Shown: one piece after another, positions 55,767-64,000 of the stretch
How positions within the stretch are numbered: the first letter of the stretch is position 1
Layout of the letters: each line of letters starts with the position of its first letter
DNA from: Thermoplasmata archaeon
GTDB taxonomy: Archaea; Thermoplasmatota; Thermoplasmata; Lutacidiplasmatales; UBA184
Length of the DNA: 64,000 bases
Reading direction: 5' to 3'
Assembly: GCA_035532555.1 (NCBI GenBank)
Contig: DATKQS010000024.1
Coordinates: 162,262-226,261, forward strand
The notes under the pieces: generated by a model
Databases searched by the model: none
Told to the model about the DNA's origin: nothing
What the model saw: the letters and a program-made list of their open reading frames with translations, nothing else
Program-made: the position numbers and the translations under genes

Positions 55767-58700
55767 CGGCGCGTGCGGTTCCAGCGCCAGACGACCACCA
55801 GAACGAGGAGCGCGATCGCCGGGACGAACACCAGGACCGGGACGAGCCAGTCCGGCAGGGTCGCCGGGGGACTACCTACCCCTGCTCCGACCAGGTGGAA
55901 GGTCGACGGGTCGACCGATATCGTCACGACCGGCACCGTCACTTGGGAGGTGCGCACGAGGCTCGAGTTCGCGGAGGACGTCGCCGCGCTGATCGTGACC
56001 GATCCCGGCAGGATGAAGATCGATCCCCGGGCGGTCAGGTTGAGCAGGTAAGTGGTGTTCGCACCGGCGGCGAGCTTGACGGGCCCGGAGATGACCGCGC
56101 CGTTCCGCGTGATGTTGTACGACCAACCGAGACTCGCGAGCCGGGTCCCGTCCACGACGTTCATCGTGGCCGTCTCGTTGATATTGCCCGTGTTGGCGAT
56201 GTAGAACGGTATCAGGATCCGCGTGGGGGCGACCTGAACGGGGGAGGTCGACGGCACCGAACCGAGCGAGAGGCCGTAGTACGGCACGACATGGACGATC
56301 GGAGCCGGCGCGACCTGGGCGAGGGTCGTCCCGTTCGAGGCGACGATCGAGAGCACGATCGGCGGATGCGCCACGAGCTCGCCCGCCGGCACCCGGATGG
56401 TGACCCCGACGTTCACGGCGCCGGAGGTCGCTCCGGCCGGGAGCGTGACCGTGGACGGAGAGAAGGTGAAATTCCAGTAGGACGGGCTTCCGACGAAGTG
56501 CACGGTCTCTGGTCCGGTGCCGTTGCTCGTCAGCCGGAAGGAAAAGCCCGTGCTCGCTCCTCCGGGGATCGTAGAGGACGTCGGCCCCGAAAGCGTGCCC
56601 GTGACCCGGTACTCGAAGGCGTAGGCGAGCGTGAGGGTCGAAGCGAGGTTGCCCCGCACGATCGAGATGGTTTGGGACACGGTCGCGTTCGCGGGGGGTC
56701 CGTACGGCGTGCCCACGGCATAGGCGTGGACGGTGTAGCTTCCCACGGGCAACGAGACGGTGTACGGCACGCCGAGCGCGAGGCCCGTAAACACGGCGGT
56801 GGCGCTCGTTCCGGTGGCTCCCACGCTGAACGATACCGTCCCACCCGCGATCCCGCCCGCCGTCGGAGCGACCACCGTTACGCTGTAGCTCCAGGTCGGC
56901 TGGAGCGGGATCGACGAGGGGCCGACGGACGGTATCAGAATCACCTGACCGATCGCGGCGAGGGGGTCGCTCGGACCTCCACCGGACGCATAGATCGTGT
57001 ACTCCCCAGGGGCGAGGAGAACGGAGAACGTCCCGTTCGTCGCGGTGAGCGTCGTCACGTTCAGCGACGGGTAGGGGCCCGAGATGCGGATGGTTCCCGA
57101 TACCGGAAGCGTCCCAGCGGGGTTCGTCAAGGTTCCGTTGAACCAGACCGGGTCGATCCTCGCGGTCGTGACGATGGTGCAGACGGTGCTCGTCGTCGCG
57201 GGGACCGTGCAGGTCGCTCCGACGGCCGAGTAGGTGGTGTAGATGCTTCCGTTGGGGCCGGGGCCGAGGAGGGTGTCGCCGAAGGTGACGGTGTAGGTCG
57301 TCGCGGCCGGTAGGAGGACCGAGTACGATCCGGCGCTCGCGCTGCCGGTGACGTTGGCGAGGTCCGGGGCGTGGAACGTCAATGTCGCGTTCGAGTTGAG
57401 GATCTGGCCGGACGAGTCCACGACCGTCCCGTTGACGAGGTTGGCCCGCTGGGACAGATCGACGGGCGTCGTGACCTTGGCATTGTCGCCGACCTGTACG
57501 AGAGAGAGGTTTCCGTAGTATTGTCCGTTCCCCTTTCCGGTCGCGTAGAGGGAGTACGTTCCAGGGATCGCGAAGAAGCCCTTCTCGAACTGGGTTCCCG
57601 TCACGGTCGTGTTGACGAGCGCGGAGCGGAGGTGAACGGTGACCGAGGAGAGCGGGACGCCGGCCGGTACGACGAGCGTTCCGGTGACCAGGACCTGGGA
57701 GATCAACAAGAGCGAGAGCCGGGTCTGGCTGGTGCCGACGAGGATCGTGGTCGAGAGCGCCTGCGGCGGCAAGAAGATCGTGCTATTCCCGATCGTCGCG
57801 CGAGCGCCCACCCCGTAGACTCCGGGGTACATGGTGAACGAGTAGACCGGGCCGCCCGCGACCGTGAACGACCTCGCGGTCGGGCTCGAGCTCGTGAGGT
57901 TCACGGTGATCGGAACGCCCGCCGGCACCCCGTAGACGGTCAGGGTCACCGGGACGGGGGTCAGCGGCACGACGAAGTGCGTGAGGGCGACCAGTCCGGT
58001 CGGCGTGATCCCGCATTGCTGGGTCGTGTTGAAACCGAAGTCGGAGGCTCGCACGCAGTAGCTGCCGCCGGAGACCTGTGCCGCCACCAGCATCGTCACG
58101 CTCCCCTCCGCATCTGCGAACGCGGTCTCGGTCGGACCCCCCGGACCGGCCGAGATGTTCACCATCGCGAATGCGGCCGGATAGAGCTGACCGGTGGAGT
58201 TGATCGGGCTCCCCGACTGGAAGTGGACGAAGTTGCCGACGACGGGAGTCAGCGAGATCGTGCTGCCGTAGACGAGCGAGACCGAGGTCATCGTCGTGTA
58301 GACCGGGGTCGCGGCGGTGCTCAATCCCTGGACCGCCTGCACGGTGTACGGGCCCGAGGGCAGGAGCAGGGTGAACGCTCCGCTCGCGTTCACAGGGGTC
58401 ACGATCGAAATGCCCGCCGCGTTGTAGGCGATCACGAACGTGCTCGTGGAATTCTGAGCGTCGGCCTTGCCCACGATGCCCGAGAGAGGGAATGCCGGCG
58501 CGAGGGCAAGCGTGGTCGGATTGGTAAAGTCGAGGCTCGCGGGAGTATGGATCGATGTCAGGCCACTATACAGCCGGTTCCCCACGTACCCCACCGCGTA
58601 GATCGAGTAGTTGCCCGTGGGCAGGGTCCCCGAGACCACTCCGTTCGAGTTCGTGGTGAAGACCATCGCCGTCGCCTGGGCCGTCGCGTAGTAGCTCAAT

Positions 58701-61700
58701 GCCGAAGCGCTCGAGGAGAGCGTCGGTATCGGGACGAACCGGACGGGGAACCCCGCGACGGGCTGCCCGTTCGCCGTCACCGAAAGGTCGAAGGAGACGC
58801 TCGGGGTGATCACGAGGGTCAGGTTGATCCGCTCGCCGGGCTTCGTCACGATGGCGGCTTCCCCGAGCGATCGGTAGCCCGCGTACGGGCCGCTCGCGCT
58901 GACCGTGTAGTTTCCGGGCCCGAGGTTCCCGAGCACGAACCTGCCGGTGGAGTTGGACGTGGTGCTGGATACGACGCCGGTCGCCGAGATCGCGGTCACG
59001 GTCGATCCCGATACGGAGGCACCGCTCGGTAAGGTGACCGTGCCCTGGAAGATCGCCGGTGCGAGCCCGACCGTGGCGTTCTCGGGAGTGCTCGGTTTCA
59101 CGGTGACCGCGCTCTCTGTGTAGTTCGTTCCGTCGTAGAGGATGTTGTAGTTGTAGACGCCCGGCGGAACATTCGACAGCAGGAACGATCCGCTCGCGTC
59201 CGTGGTCGCCGTGAGCTTGGTCTGGTTGACGGTCCCCCAGAAGACGACCTTCGCGCCCACCAGGAGCTGGTCGATCGAGGAGTTGTAGGAGGTTTGGTTG
59301 GCGTTGTTCCAGTACACGAAACCCTGCAGGCTGGAGGAGTGCACGACAATGGGGACGACCATGTTCGGGGTGTTGTACCCGAACCCCTGCGCGGCGGAGA
59401 CATTGATCTTCATCGAGGAGAGGAGCACATTGCCGGCCTGAGAGAGTCCCTGGAACGTCCCGGTCGTCACGTTGACGGTGTCCTCCCCGGGAGGAAGGAT
59501 CACGGAATAGGAGCCGTCCGCGCTGGTCCGGGCCATCTGGTGCGGGATCCCCCATGAGTCGTAGACGGTCACCATCGCTCCCGGGACCGGCGCGCCGTTC
59601 GGCAGGTTGACCGTGCCGATGAGCGGCTGGCCGGCGTAGTAGACCAGCATCGACTCCCCGCCGTTGAAGTACGACGTGGCGGAGGTGTCGGCGGTCCCGC
59701 CCGTCTGCGCCGCGAGCGCCGTGGCGGCGGGCAGGTTCATGGCGACATTGCAGTTCGGATTGGAGGAGGTCTCCCCCGGCGGACAGTAGTAGGCGGTCTT
59801 GTAGGCGACCTGGAAGTGCTGGAGCATCCAGCCGGGCTCGATCGGAGAGCTCGCGGCAGCGCCCTGGAGCCCCGGGATCCCGTTCGCGAGTCCGATATCG
59901 GTTCCGTTGTACCCGATGTAGATGTGATAGATCATCGACCGGTAGAACGGCGTGAAATAGTTGATGTAGTACTGAACCGCGCTAACAGACGCCGGCAAGG
60001 TGCCGGCGTCGTAGTACCTCCCATCGGACCCGAGGATCGTGACGTTGAAGTACGTCTTGGGGTTGCCACCGGAGTCGATGACGCGCCCGGTCAGGTCCGC
60101 CGGAGCGTAGAAGATCCCCGTGTTCTGGCCGCTGAATGGGAAGAGGCGGCTGTCGCTCATCGAGTAGCGAATCGACCAGCCCGTGTAGGACTGGAGGTCG
60201 TTGTAGAGCTTCGCGACCCCGTTGAGGGGAAGGACCTGCGCGATGTAGTACGAGATCACCATGTACATCGCATTCAGGCTCGTGAGCGTGTTCGGATTGA
60301 CCGCCAGGAAGATCTGCGGGTTATTGATGACCTGATAGTAGTCGGTCGTCAGGTTGACCAAGAACCCCTTGATGATCGTCGGGCTGACCCCGTCGGCCGC
60401 GAGGATCTGGTTGATCGGTGCGGACAGGGTCGCGCCCGGTTGGCCCTGGGCCCCGACGAGCAGCGTGGCGACCAACACGCCAATTGCGATCGACTCGTTC
60501 TGGCTCAGGAGGAACTGGCCGCTCGGGTCGATCCCGTTCTGGAAGTTGTCGGCGACGGCCGGGTGCTGACCTTGATCGATCGCCTGGAATCCGTAATCCC
60601 ACCAACTGATGAACGCCGGACGTTGCGGAGCCGGTACGTTCGAGTCCTGCATGGCGAGCCAGTTGTACGCGGCGGAATCGTACAGGTTCGGCGTGTCGAT
60701 GGAGGAGCCGGCTGCTCCGAGGTAGTAGCCGCTCGCGCCCGCACCGCTCGCCTGGAGCCAGGACGGTAGCGAGTGGTAGATCTGGGCCGAGTACTGGGAT
60801 TTCTCGTTGCTCGGGATCCCCGCATCCATCGCGTACCAGACGTTGGGGACGAGGAGCCCGACCACGACGATGATCACGAGCACGTGACGCGGCTTGATCG
60901 AGCGTCGGAACGCCCTCCAGCGACTGCGACGCTCCTCGGCGAGGGAGCTCATGCTCTCGCGCATCTCCGAGTAACGGCCCACATCCCAGAGCCGCTTGAT
61001 CGCGAACGCGGGCAGGAGCGCGAACGCCGGGGCCCCCAGCAGCAGGAACTTCGACGCCGAGAAGGGCAGGTAGAGCGAGAGGATCCCGAAGACGAGGAAC
61101 AGCGTCAGCCAGCGCTGGAACTTGTTGCGGACCAAATCCCAAGCGACGAGGGCCACGCCCACGAAGGCGAGGAAGAACGTGATCACTCCGTAACTGACGA
61201 TTAATTGGTCGATCGAGGGCGACTGGGCCTCGGCGACGGTCGAGTAAATGAGTGTCTTGGTGAAGTAGCCCTGTCCCGTGACCAGGTTCGTGAAGTAGAC
61301 CGGGCTCACGATCGACAACGCGAGGGTGGCGAACCCCACGATGGCCACGAGGATCGGGAGGGAGATCACCCAGGGGTAGTCCCGCATCAGCAGGAAGGGG
61401 AGCAGGAGGAGAAGGGTGCCGAAGAACAAGAGGAGCGGCAGGTCGAACCAGTTCGTGAACTCTCCCTGCACGAGGTAGTAGGGCACCGCGAGCGGGAAGC
61501 CCACGAGCCCGACGATCCAGGTGACGACGTAGACCCCGAAGGAATCGACGCGCCGGATCCGCTCGATGATCATCGTGATCAAGATGAACACGGCGATGAT
61601 CGCCACGAGGTAGGTGTACCCCTGCCAGGCGAGCGCCAGCGCTCCGAAGCAGACTCCTGCGAACACCGCCCATTTGACGGCGCTGCGTTCGTAGCGTAGG

Positions 61701-62338
61701 AAGTTCCTAAGCCCGGCCCGGAACGACCCGGCGGACCGGTAGCTGACCACCCACCGACGCGAGCCGACCGCCTTCACGGCCCGCATGTACGCGTAGAGCG
61801 CGACCAAAATGATGAACGTGTAGAACGAGAGATAGTTGGCGTAGCCGTAGATCGATTCGTTGATGCTGGCGACGAGGAACGGGGAGATGATGGCGGCGAT
61901 GAGACCGACCCGGCGGCCGCCGACCTCTCGGCCGATGAGGTAGGTCGGGAAGACGCTGAGCGCGGCCCAGAGGGGGGCCTGAAGGTCCAGGAACCACGCC
62001 CCGGCGACGTTGGCATTCCCGCCGAAGAACGGGGCGAAGACGATGCCGAGGATGGCGTTCATCCAGTCGAACAGCGGCTCTCGCGGGTTGATCGCACCGA
62101 TCGGGTAGCGCAGCAGCGGATCGTGGATCAGATTCGTGTGATTCGCAATGATGTAGCTCATCACGCGCGAATGGTAGTACGAATCGGAACCGCCCGCGTA
62201 GGTGTACAGCGGCCCCCACAGTTCTACGACGGGCCCCGCCCAGATGGTACGGACGGCGAACGCGATGCCGAACGCCGTGAGGAGGATGGCAGCCGTCCAG
62301 CCGTGCTTATGCCACCAGCCTGATTTCTCCGATTCCAT
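55751..62338 (-). CDS. aglB: oligosaccharyltransferase AglB/STT3 fused to a roughly 1500-aa sequon-rich multi-domain extracellular region with a second C-terminal membrane anchor
   Basis: N-terminal roughly 600 aa with 13 TM helices and '[17 protein letters not shown]' (the WWDYG catalytic motif of STT3/AglB/PglB). It continues for about 1550 aa with repeated prealbumin/CarboxypepD_reg-like beta-sandwich signatures ('[12 protein letters not shown]', '[17 protein letters not shown]', '[18 protein letters not shown]', '[16 protein letters not shown]', '[16 protein letters not shown]') and dozens of N-x-S/T sequons. It ends '[35 protein letters not shown]'. Start set at the ATG 62338 (a GGAGG motif precedes it); the track begins at an upstream TTG at 62377. 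Confidence 0.85.
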   Translation of the reverse strand: MESEKSGWWHKHGWTAAILLTAFGIAFAVRTIWAGPVVELWGPLYTYAGGSDSYYHSRVMSYIIANHTNLIHDPLLRYPIGAINPREPLFDWMNAILGIVFAPFFGGNANVAGAWFLDLQAPLWAALSVFPTYLIGREVGGRRVGLIAAIISPFLVASINESIYGYANYLSFYTFIILVALYAYMRAVKAVGSRRWVVSYRSAGSFRAGLRNFLRYERSAVKWAVFAGVCFGALALAWQGYTYLVAIIAVFILITMIIERIRRVDSFGVYVVTWIVGLVGFPLAVPYYLVQGEFTNWFDLPLLLFFGTLLLLLPFLLMRDYPWVISLPILVAIVGFATLALSIVSPVYFTNLVTGQGYFTKTLIYSTVAEAQSPSIDQLIVSYGVITFFLAFVGVALVAWDLVRNKFQRWLTLFLVFGILSLYLPFSASKFLLLGAPAFALLPAFAIKRLWDVGRYSEMRESMSSLAEERRSRWRAFRRSIKPRHVLVIIVVVGLLVPNVWYAMDAGIPSNEKSQYSAQIYHSLPSWLQASGAGASGYYLGAAGSSIDTPNLYDSAAYNWLAMQDSNVPAPQRPAFISWWDYGFQAIDQGQHPAVADNFQNGIDPSGQFLLSQNESIAIGVLVATLLVGAQGQPGATLSAPINQILAADGVSPTIIKGFLVNLTTDYYQVINNPQIFLAVNPNTLTSLNAMYMVISYYIAQVLPLNGVAKLYNDLQSYTGWSIRYSMSDSRLFPFSGQNTGIFYAPADLTGRVIDSGGNPKTYFNVTILGSDGRYYDAGTLPASVSAVQYYINYFTPFYRSMIYHIYIGYNGTDIGLANGIPGLQGAAASSPIEPGWMLQHFQVAYKTAYYCPPGETSSNPNCNVAMNLPAATALAAQTGGTADTSATSYFNGGESMLVYYAGQPLIGTVNLPNGAPVPGAMVTVYDSWGIPHQMARTSADGSYSVILPPGEDTVNVTTGTFQGLSQAGNVLLSSMKINVSAAQGFGYNTPNMVVPIVVHSSSLQGFVYWNNANQTSYNSSIDQLLVGAKVVFWGTVNQTKLTATTDASGSFLLSNVPPGVYNYNILYDGTNYTESAVTVKPSTPENATVGLAPAIFQGTVTLPSGASVSGSTVTAISATGVVSSTTSNSTGRFVLGNLGPGNYTVSASGPYAGYRSLGEAAIVTKPGERINLTLVITPSVSFDLSVTANGQPVAGFPVRFVPIPTLSSSASALSYYATAQATAMVFTTNSNGVVSGTLPTGNYSIYAVGYVGNRLYSGLTSIHTPASLDFTNPTTLALAPAFPLSGIVGKADAQNSTSTFVIAYNAAGISIVTPVNASGAFTLLLPSGPYTVQAVQGLSTAATPVYTTMTSVSLVYGSTISLTPVVGNFVHFQSGSPINSTGQLYPAAFAMVNISAGPGGPTETAFADAEGSVTMLVAAQVSGGSYCVRASDFGFNTTQQCGITPTGLVALTHFVVPLTPVPVTLTVYGVPAGVPITVNLTSSSPTARSFTVAGGPVYSFTMYPGVYGVGARATIGNSTIFLPPQALSTTILVGTSQTRLSLLLISQVLVTGTLVVPAGVPLSSVTVHLRSALVNTTVTGTQFEKGFFAIPGTYSLYATGKGNGQYYGNLSLVQVGDNAKVTTPVDLSQRANLVNGTVVDSSGQILNSNATLTFHAPDLANVTGSASAGSYSVLLPAATTYTVTFGDTLLGPGPNGSIYTTYSAVGATCTVPATTSTVCTIVTTARIDPVWFNGTLTNPAGTLPVSGTIRISGPYPSLNVTTLTATNGTFSVLLAPGEYTIYASGGGPSDPLAAIGQVILIPSVGPSSIPLQPTWSYSVTVVAPTAGGIAGGTVSFSVGATGTSATAVFTGLALGVPYTVSLPVGSYTVHAYAVGTPYGPPANATVSQTISIVRGNLASTLTLAYAFEYRVTGTLSGPTSSTIPGGASTGFSFRLTSNGTGPETVHFVGSPSYWNFTFSPSTVTLPAGATSGAVNVGVTIRVPAGELVAHPPIVLSIVASNGTTLAQVAPAPIVHVVPYYGLSLGSVPSTSPVQVAPTRILIPFYIANTGNINETATMNVVDGTRLASLGWSYNITRNGAVISGPVKLAAGANTTYLLNLTARGSIFILPGSVTISAATSSANSSLVRTSQVTVPVVTISVDPSTFHLVGAGVGSPPATLPDWLVPVLVFVPAIALLVLVVVWRWNRTRRWERR

Positions 62339-62383
62339 CGGCCTCCGGCTCTCCGAGCCGGCGGCGCGCGAGACCAAGGGCCG

Positions 62384-62393
62384 CTATAAATAG
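62384..62393 (-). promoter_or_regulatory. TATA-like box (CTATAAATAG, palindromic) upstream of aglB
   Basis: Sits 46-55 nt upstream of the ATG at 62338. It would place the TSS downstream of the TTG at 62377, which supports the ATG start. Confidence 0.4.
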
Positions 62394-62445
62394 CCTCGGC
62401 CTCGTCAATATCGGCGCGCTCGTCGCCGTCGCAGCGCCCCGGGGG

Positions 62446-62982
62446 CTACCCGAGCGCTCGGAACCGGTAGAACGATCTCCCGTCGGCCAGCGGGTAGGCC
62501 TCGATGCGGACCTCGTCGCCGATCTTCAGGGCCGTCCACGGCCGGCCCTCGATCCGGCCGAAGAGGCGCAGGGGAGAGCCGGCAAGATCGACCAGGCCGA
62601 CGGCGAAAGGCACGTCGGCCTCCATCCCGAGGGGCGCCCCGCCCAGCACCGCGCTGAACGCATAGATCCGCCCGTGTTCGGGCAGATCGATCCACTCGAG
62701 CTCTTCACCGTGACAGATGGGACAGGCGACGCGCGGTGGCCAGTGGACCTCGCCGTCCCGGGGGCAGCGCGTGGTCGAGACACGGCCCTCCTTGAGCCGG
62801 TCGTAGAACCGCGATAGCCGAGTCTGCCCGGCGCCTTGGAGTGGGAAGAAGTCCAGAAGGAAGGGAGGCGAAGGCGCCACCACCACCTTCGGACGCGGCG
62901 GCTCTAAGGGGACCGACGTGGGCGGTGCGGGAGCGACGGTCACCCGGGGGCGCTTACGGCCGGGGGGCGCGGATTCGCTCAC
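62446..62982 (-). CDS. DUF35-family OB-fold/zinc-ribbon protein (thiolase-associated)
   Basis: 'RCPRDGEVHWPPRVACPICHGEEL' (rubredoxin-like Zn ribbon) and an OB-fold 'GRIYAFSAV...FAVGLVDLAG.PLRLFGRI'. GTG start in a GTGA overlap with the thiolase stop; Pro-rich N-terminal extension, so the true start may lie further in. Confidence 0.6.
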   Translation of the reverse strand: MSESAPPGRKRPRVTVAPAPPTSVPLEPPRPKVVVAPSPPFLLDFFPLQGAGQTRLSRFYDRLKEGRVSTTRCPRDGEVHWPPRVACPICHGEELEWIDLPEHGRIYAFSAVLGGAPLGMEADVPFAVGLVDLAGSPLRLFGRIEGRPWTALKIGDEVRIEAYPLADGRSFYRFRALG

Positions 62983-64000
62983 GGCCCGCCACCTCCTTCG
63001 TAGACCATCACGGAGTGCACGTTGGCGCTCCCCGAGAGATTGTGAACGAGCGCGAAGCGAGGATCGGGGACCTGACGCGCCGCCGGGACGGCTCCCGCGA
63101 ACTGTTGGAAGACCTCGACAGCTTGTGCGATCCCCGTCGCCCCGAGCGGGTGGCCGCATCCGAGAAGCCCGCCCCGCGGGTTGATGACGATATCGCCACC
63201 GAGATCGCTCCGCCCTTCAAGCGCGTACGGGCCTCCCTCGCCCGGCGGGCACAGACCGAGCGCCTCGTACTCGACGATCTCCGAGATCGTGAAGCAATCG
63301 TGGATCTCGGCAAAGTCGATGTCCTGGATGGTGAGCTTGGCCCGGCCGAGCGCCTCGCCGGCGGCTCGCGTCAAACCGGGCCACTGCGTCAGCGACCCCG
63401 CGTGGGCCAGGTTGTGGAAGTCGGAGTACTGACCGGTCCCCCGAATCCAGGCCGGACGATCGGTGAAGCGGCGAACGAACTCTTCCCCGGCCACGACCAC
63501 GGCCGACGCACCATCGGTCATCGAAGAACAGTCTCCCAGCCGCAGCGGGGGCGCGACCACCGGAAGGCCGAGCAGCTTCTCGGAAGAGAACGTCTTGGCG
63601 TAGAACTGCGCGGTCGGGTTCGTATTCGCGAACCGGTGGTTCTTCTCGGAGACCCGCGCCAACGCTTCCGCCGTCGTCCCGTGCTCGAGCATATGGCGCT
63701 GGGCCACCATCGCGAAGAACGGCGGCGCGGTCGCTCCGTGCGGCCCGTCCCACGCCCGGTCCATCACGCATCCCATCGAACTGTTCGCCTCGGCCATTGA
63801 CGGCAGGTTCATCTTCTCCACGCCGACCGCGACGGCCACGTCGGAAAGCCCGGCCGCGATCGCGGCGTAGGCCGAACGGATCGCGGACTGACCGGAAGCG
63901 CACGCGAGCTCGGTGCGCTGCAGGATGCGATACGGCCGAAGGCCCATCTGTTCGGCGGCGAGCGGCGCCACATGCGACTGGAACGCGAAACGCTCGGGCT
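62979..64000 (-). CDS. thiolase (acetyl-CoA C-acetyltransferase / SCP-x-type), 5' end outside the window
   Basis: 'NPRGGLLGCGHPLGATGIAQAVEVFQQ' (C-terminal catalytic His/Cys region) and 'GLCPPGEG'. The frame is open to the window edge. Confidence 0.8.
   Translation of the reverse strand, partial: PERFAFQSHVAPLAAEQMGLRPYRILQRTELACASGQSAIRSAYAAIAAGLSDVAVAVGVEKMNLPSMAEANSSMGCVMDRAWDGPHGATAPPFFAMVAQRHMLEHGTTAEALARVSEKNHRFANTNPTAQFYAKTFSSEKLLGLPVVAPPLRLGDCSSMTDGASAVVVAGEEFVRRFTDRPAWIRGTGQYSDFHNLAHAGSLTQWPGLTRAAGEALGRAKLTIQDIDFAEIHDCFTISEIVEYEALGLCPPGEGGPYALEGRSDLGGDIVINPRGGLLGCGHPLGATGIAQAVEVFQQFAGAVPAARQVPDPRFALVHNLSGSANVHSVMVYEGGGGP

Noticed and set aside
55598-59032. 571-aa and 553-aa plus-strand ORFs antisense to aglB
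   Set aside because: Arg/Asp/Gly-rich antisense frames inside a gene with a strongly supported minus-strand reading (WWDYG, TM helices, sequon repeats).
1-64000. Search for CRISPR arrays, insertion sequences, integrases, or other mobile-element hallmarks
   Set aside because: No short regularly spaced direct repeats, terminal inverted repeats, transposase/integrase-like ORFs or tRNA-flanked islands were seen. The window reads as core chromosome.

Overview
Gene-dense, high-GC (roughly two-thirds G+C) chromosomal segment that is almost certainly archaeal. It carries topoisomerase VI A/B, primase PriS, FEN-1, aEF-1beta, ribosomal L41e, RIO1 with its KH partner, AglB/STT3, digeranylgeranylglycerophospholipid reductase, and class-III (archaeal pilin) signal peptides. 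The proteins are not acid-shifted, so this is not a halophile; a Thermoplasmatota-like lineage is a low-confidence guess. About 65 protein genes fill the window; no rRNA, tRNA, CRISPR array or mobile element was found. The largest unit is an 11-gene NADH:quinone-oxidoreductase-like operon (nuoABCDHIJKLMN, lacking NuoEFG) followed immediately by two isoprenoid-lipid genes. Central metabolism (ppsA, apgM, sucCD, coaBC, thiolase plus DUF35) and information-processing genes make up most of the rest. Many adjacent genes overlap by 4 nt (ATGA/GTGA), and short AT-rich TATA-like islands sit 20-35 bp upstream of several starts, suggesting leaderless transcripts. Nearly all long opposite-strand or off-frame ORFs in the six-frame track are Arg/Pro/Gly-rich artefacts of the GC content. 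Three things merit the closest look. (1) A two-gene cassette at 7.2-8.7 kb: a tandem ribbon-helix-helix DNA-binding protein followed, 3 nt later, by a truncated FtsZ/tubulin-superfamily GTPase that lacks the C-terminal domain; it resembles a TubR/TubZ-like filament or segregation module with a novel adaptor. (2) A 2195-aa AglB/STT3 oligosaccharyltransferase fused to about 1500 aa of sequon-laden beta-sandwich repeats and a second C-terminal anchor, next to a secreted glycoprotein that carries the same unusual C-terminal anchor. (3) A NuoI with four [4Fe-4S] motifs in a complex that has no NuoEFG input module. Gene calls rest on family motifs I could read directly; no database search was run, and start codons in particular are approximate.
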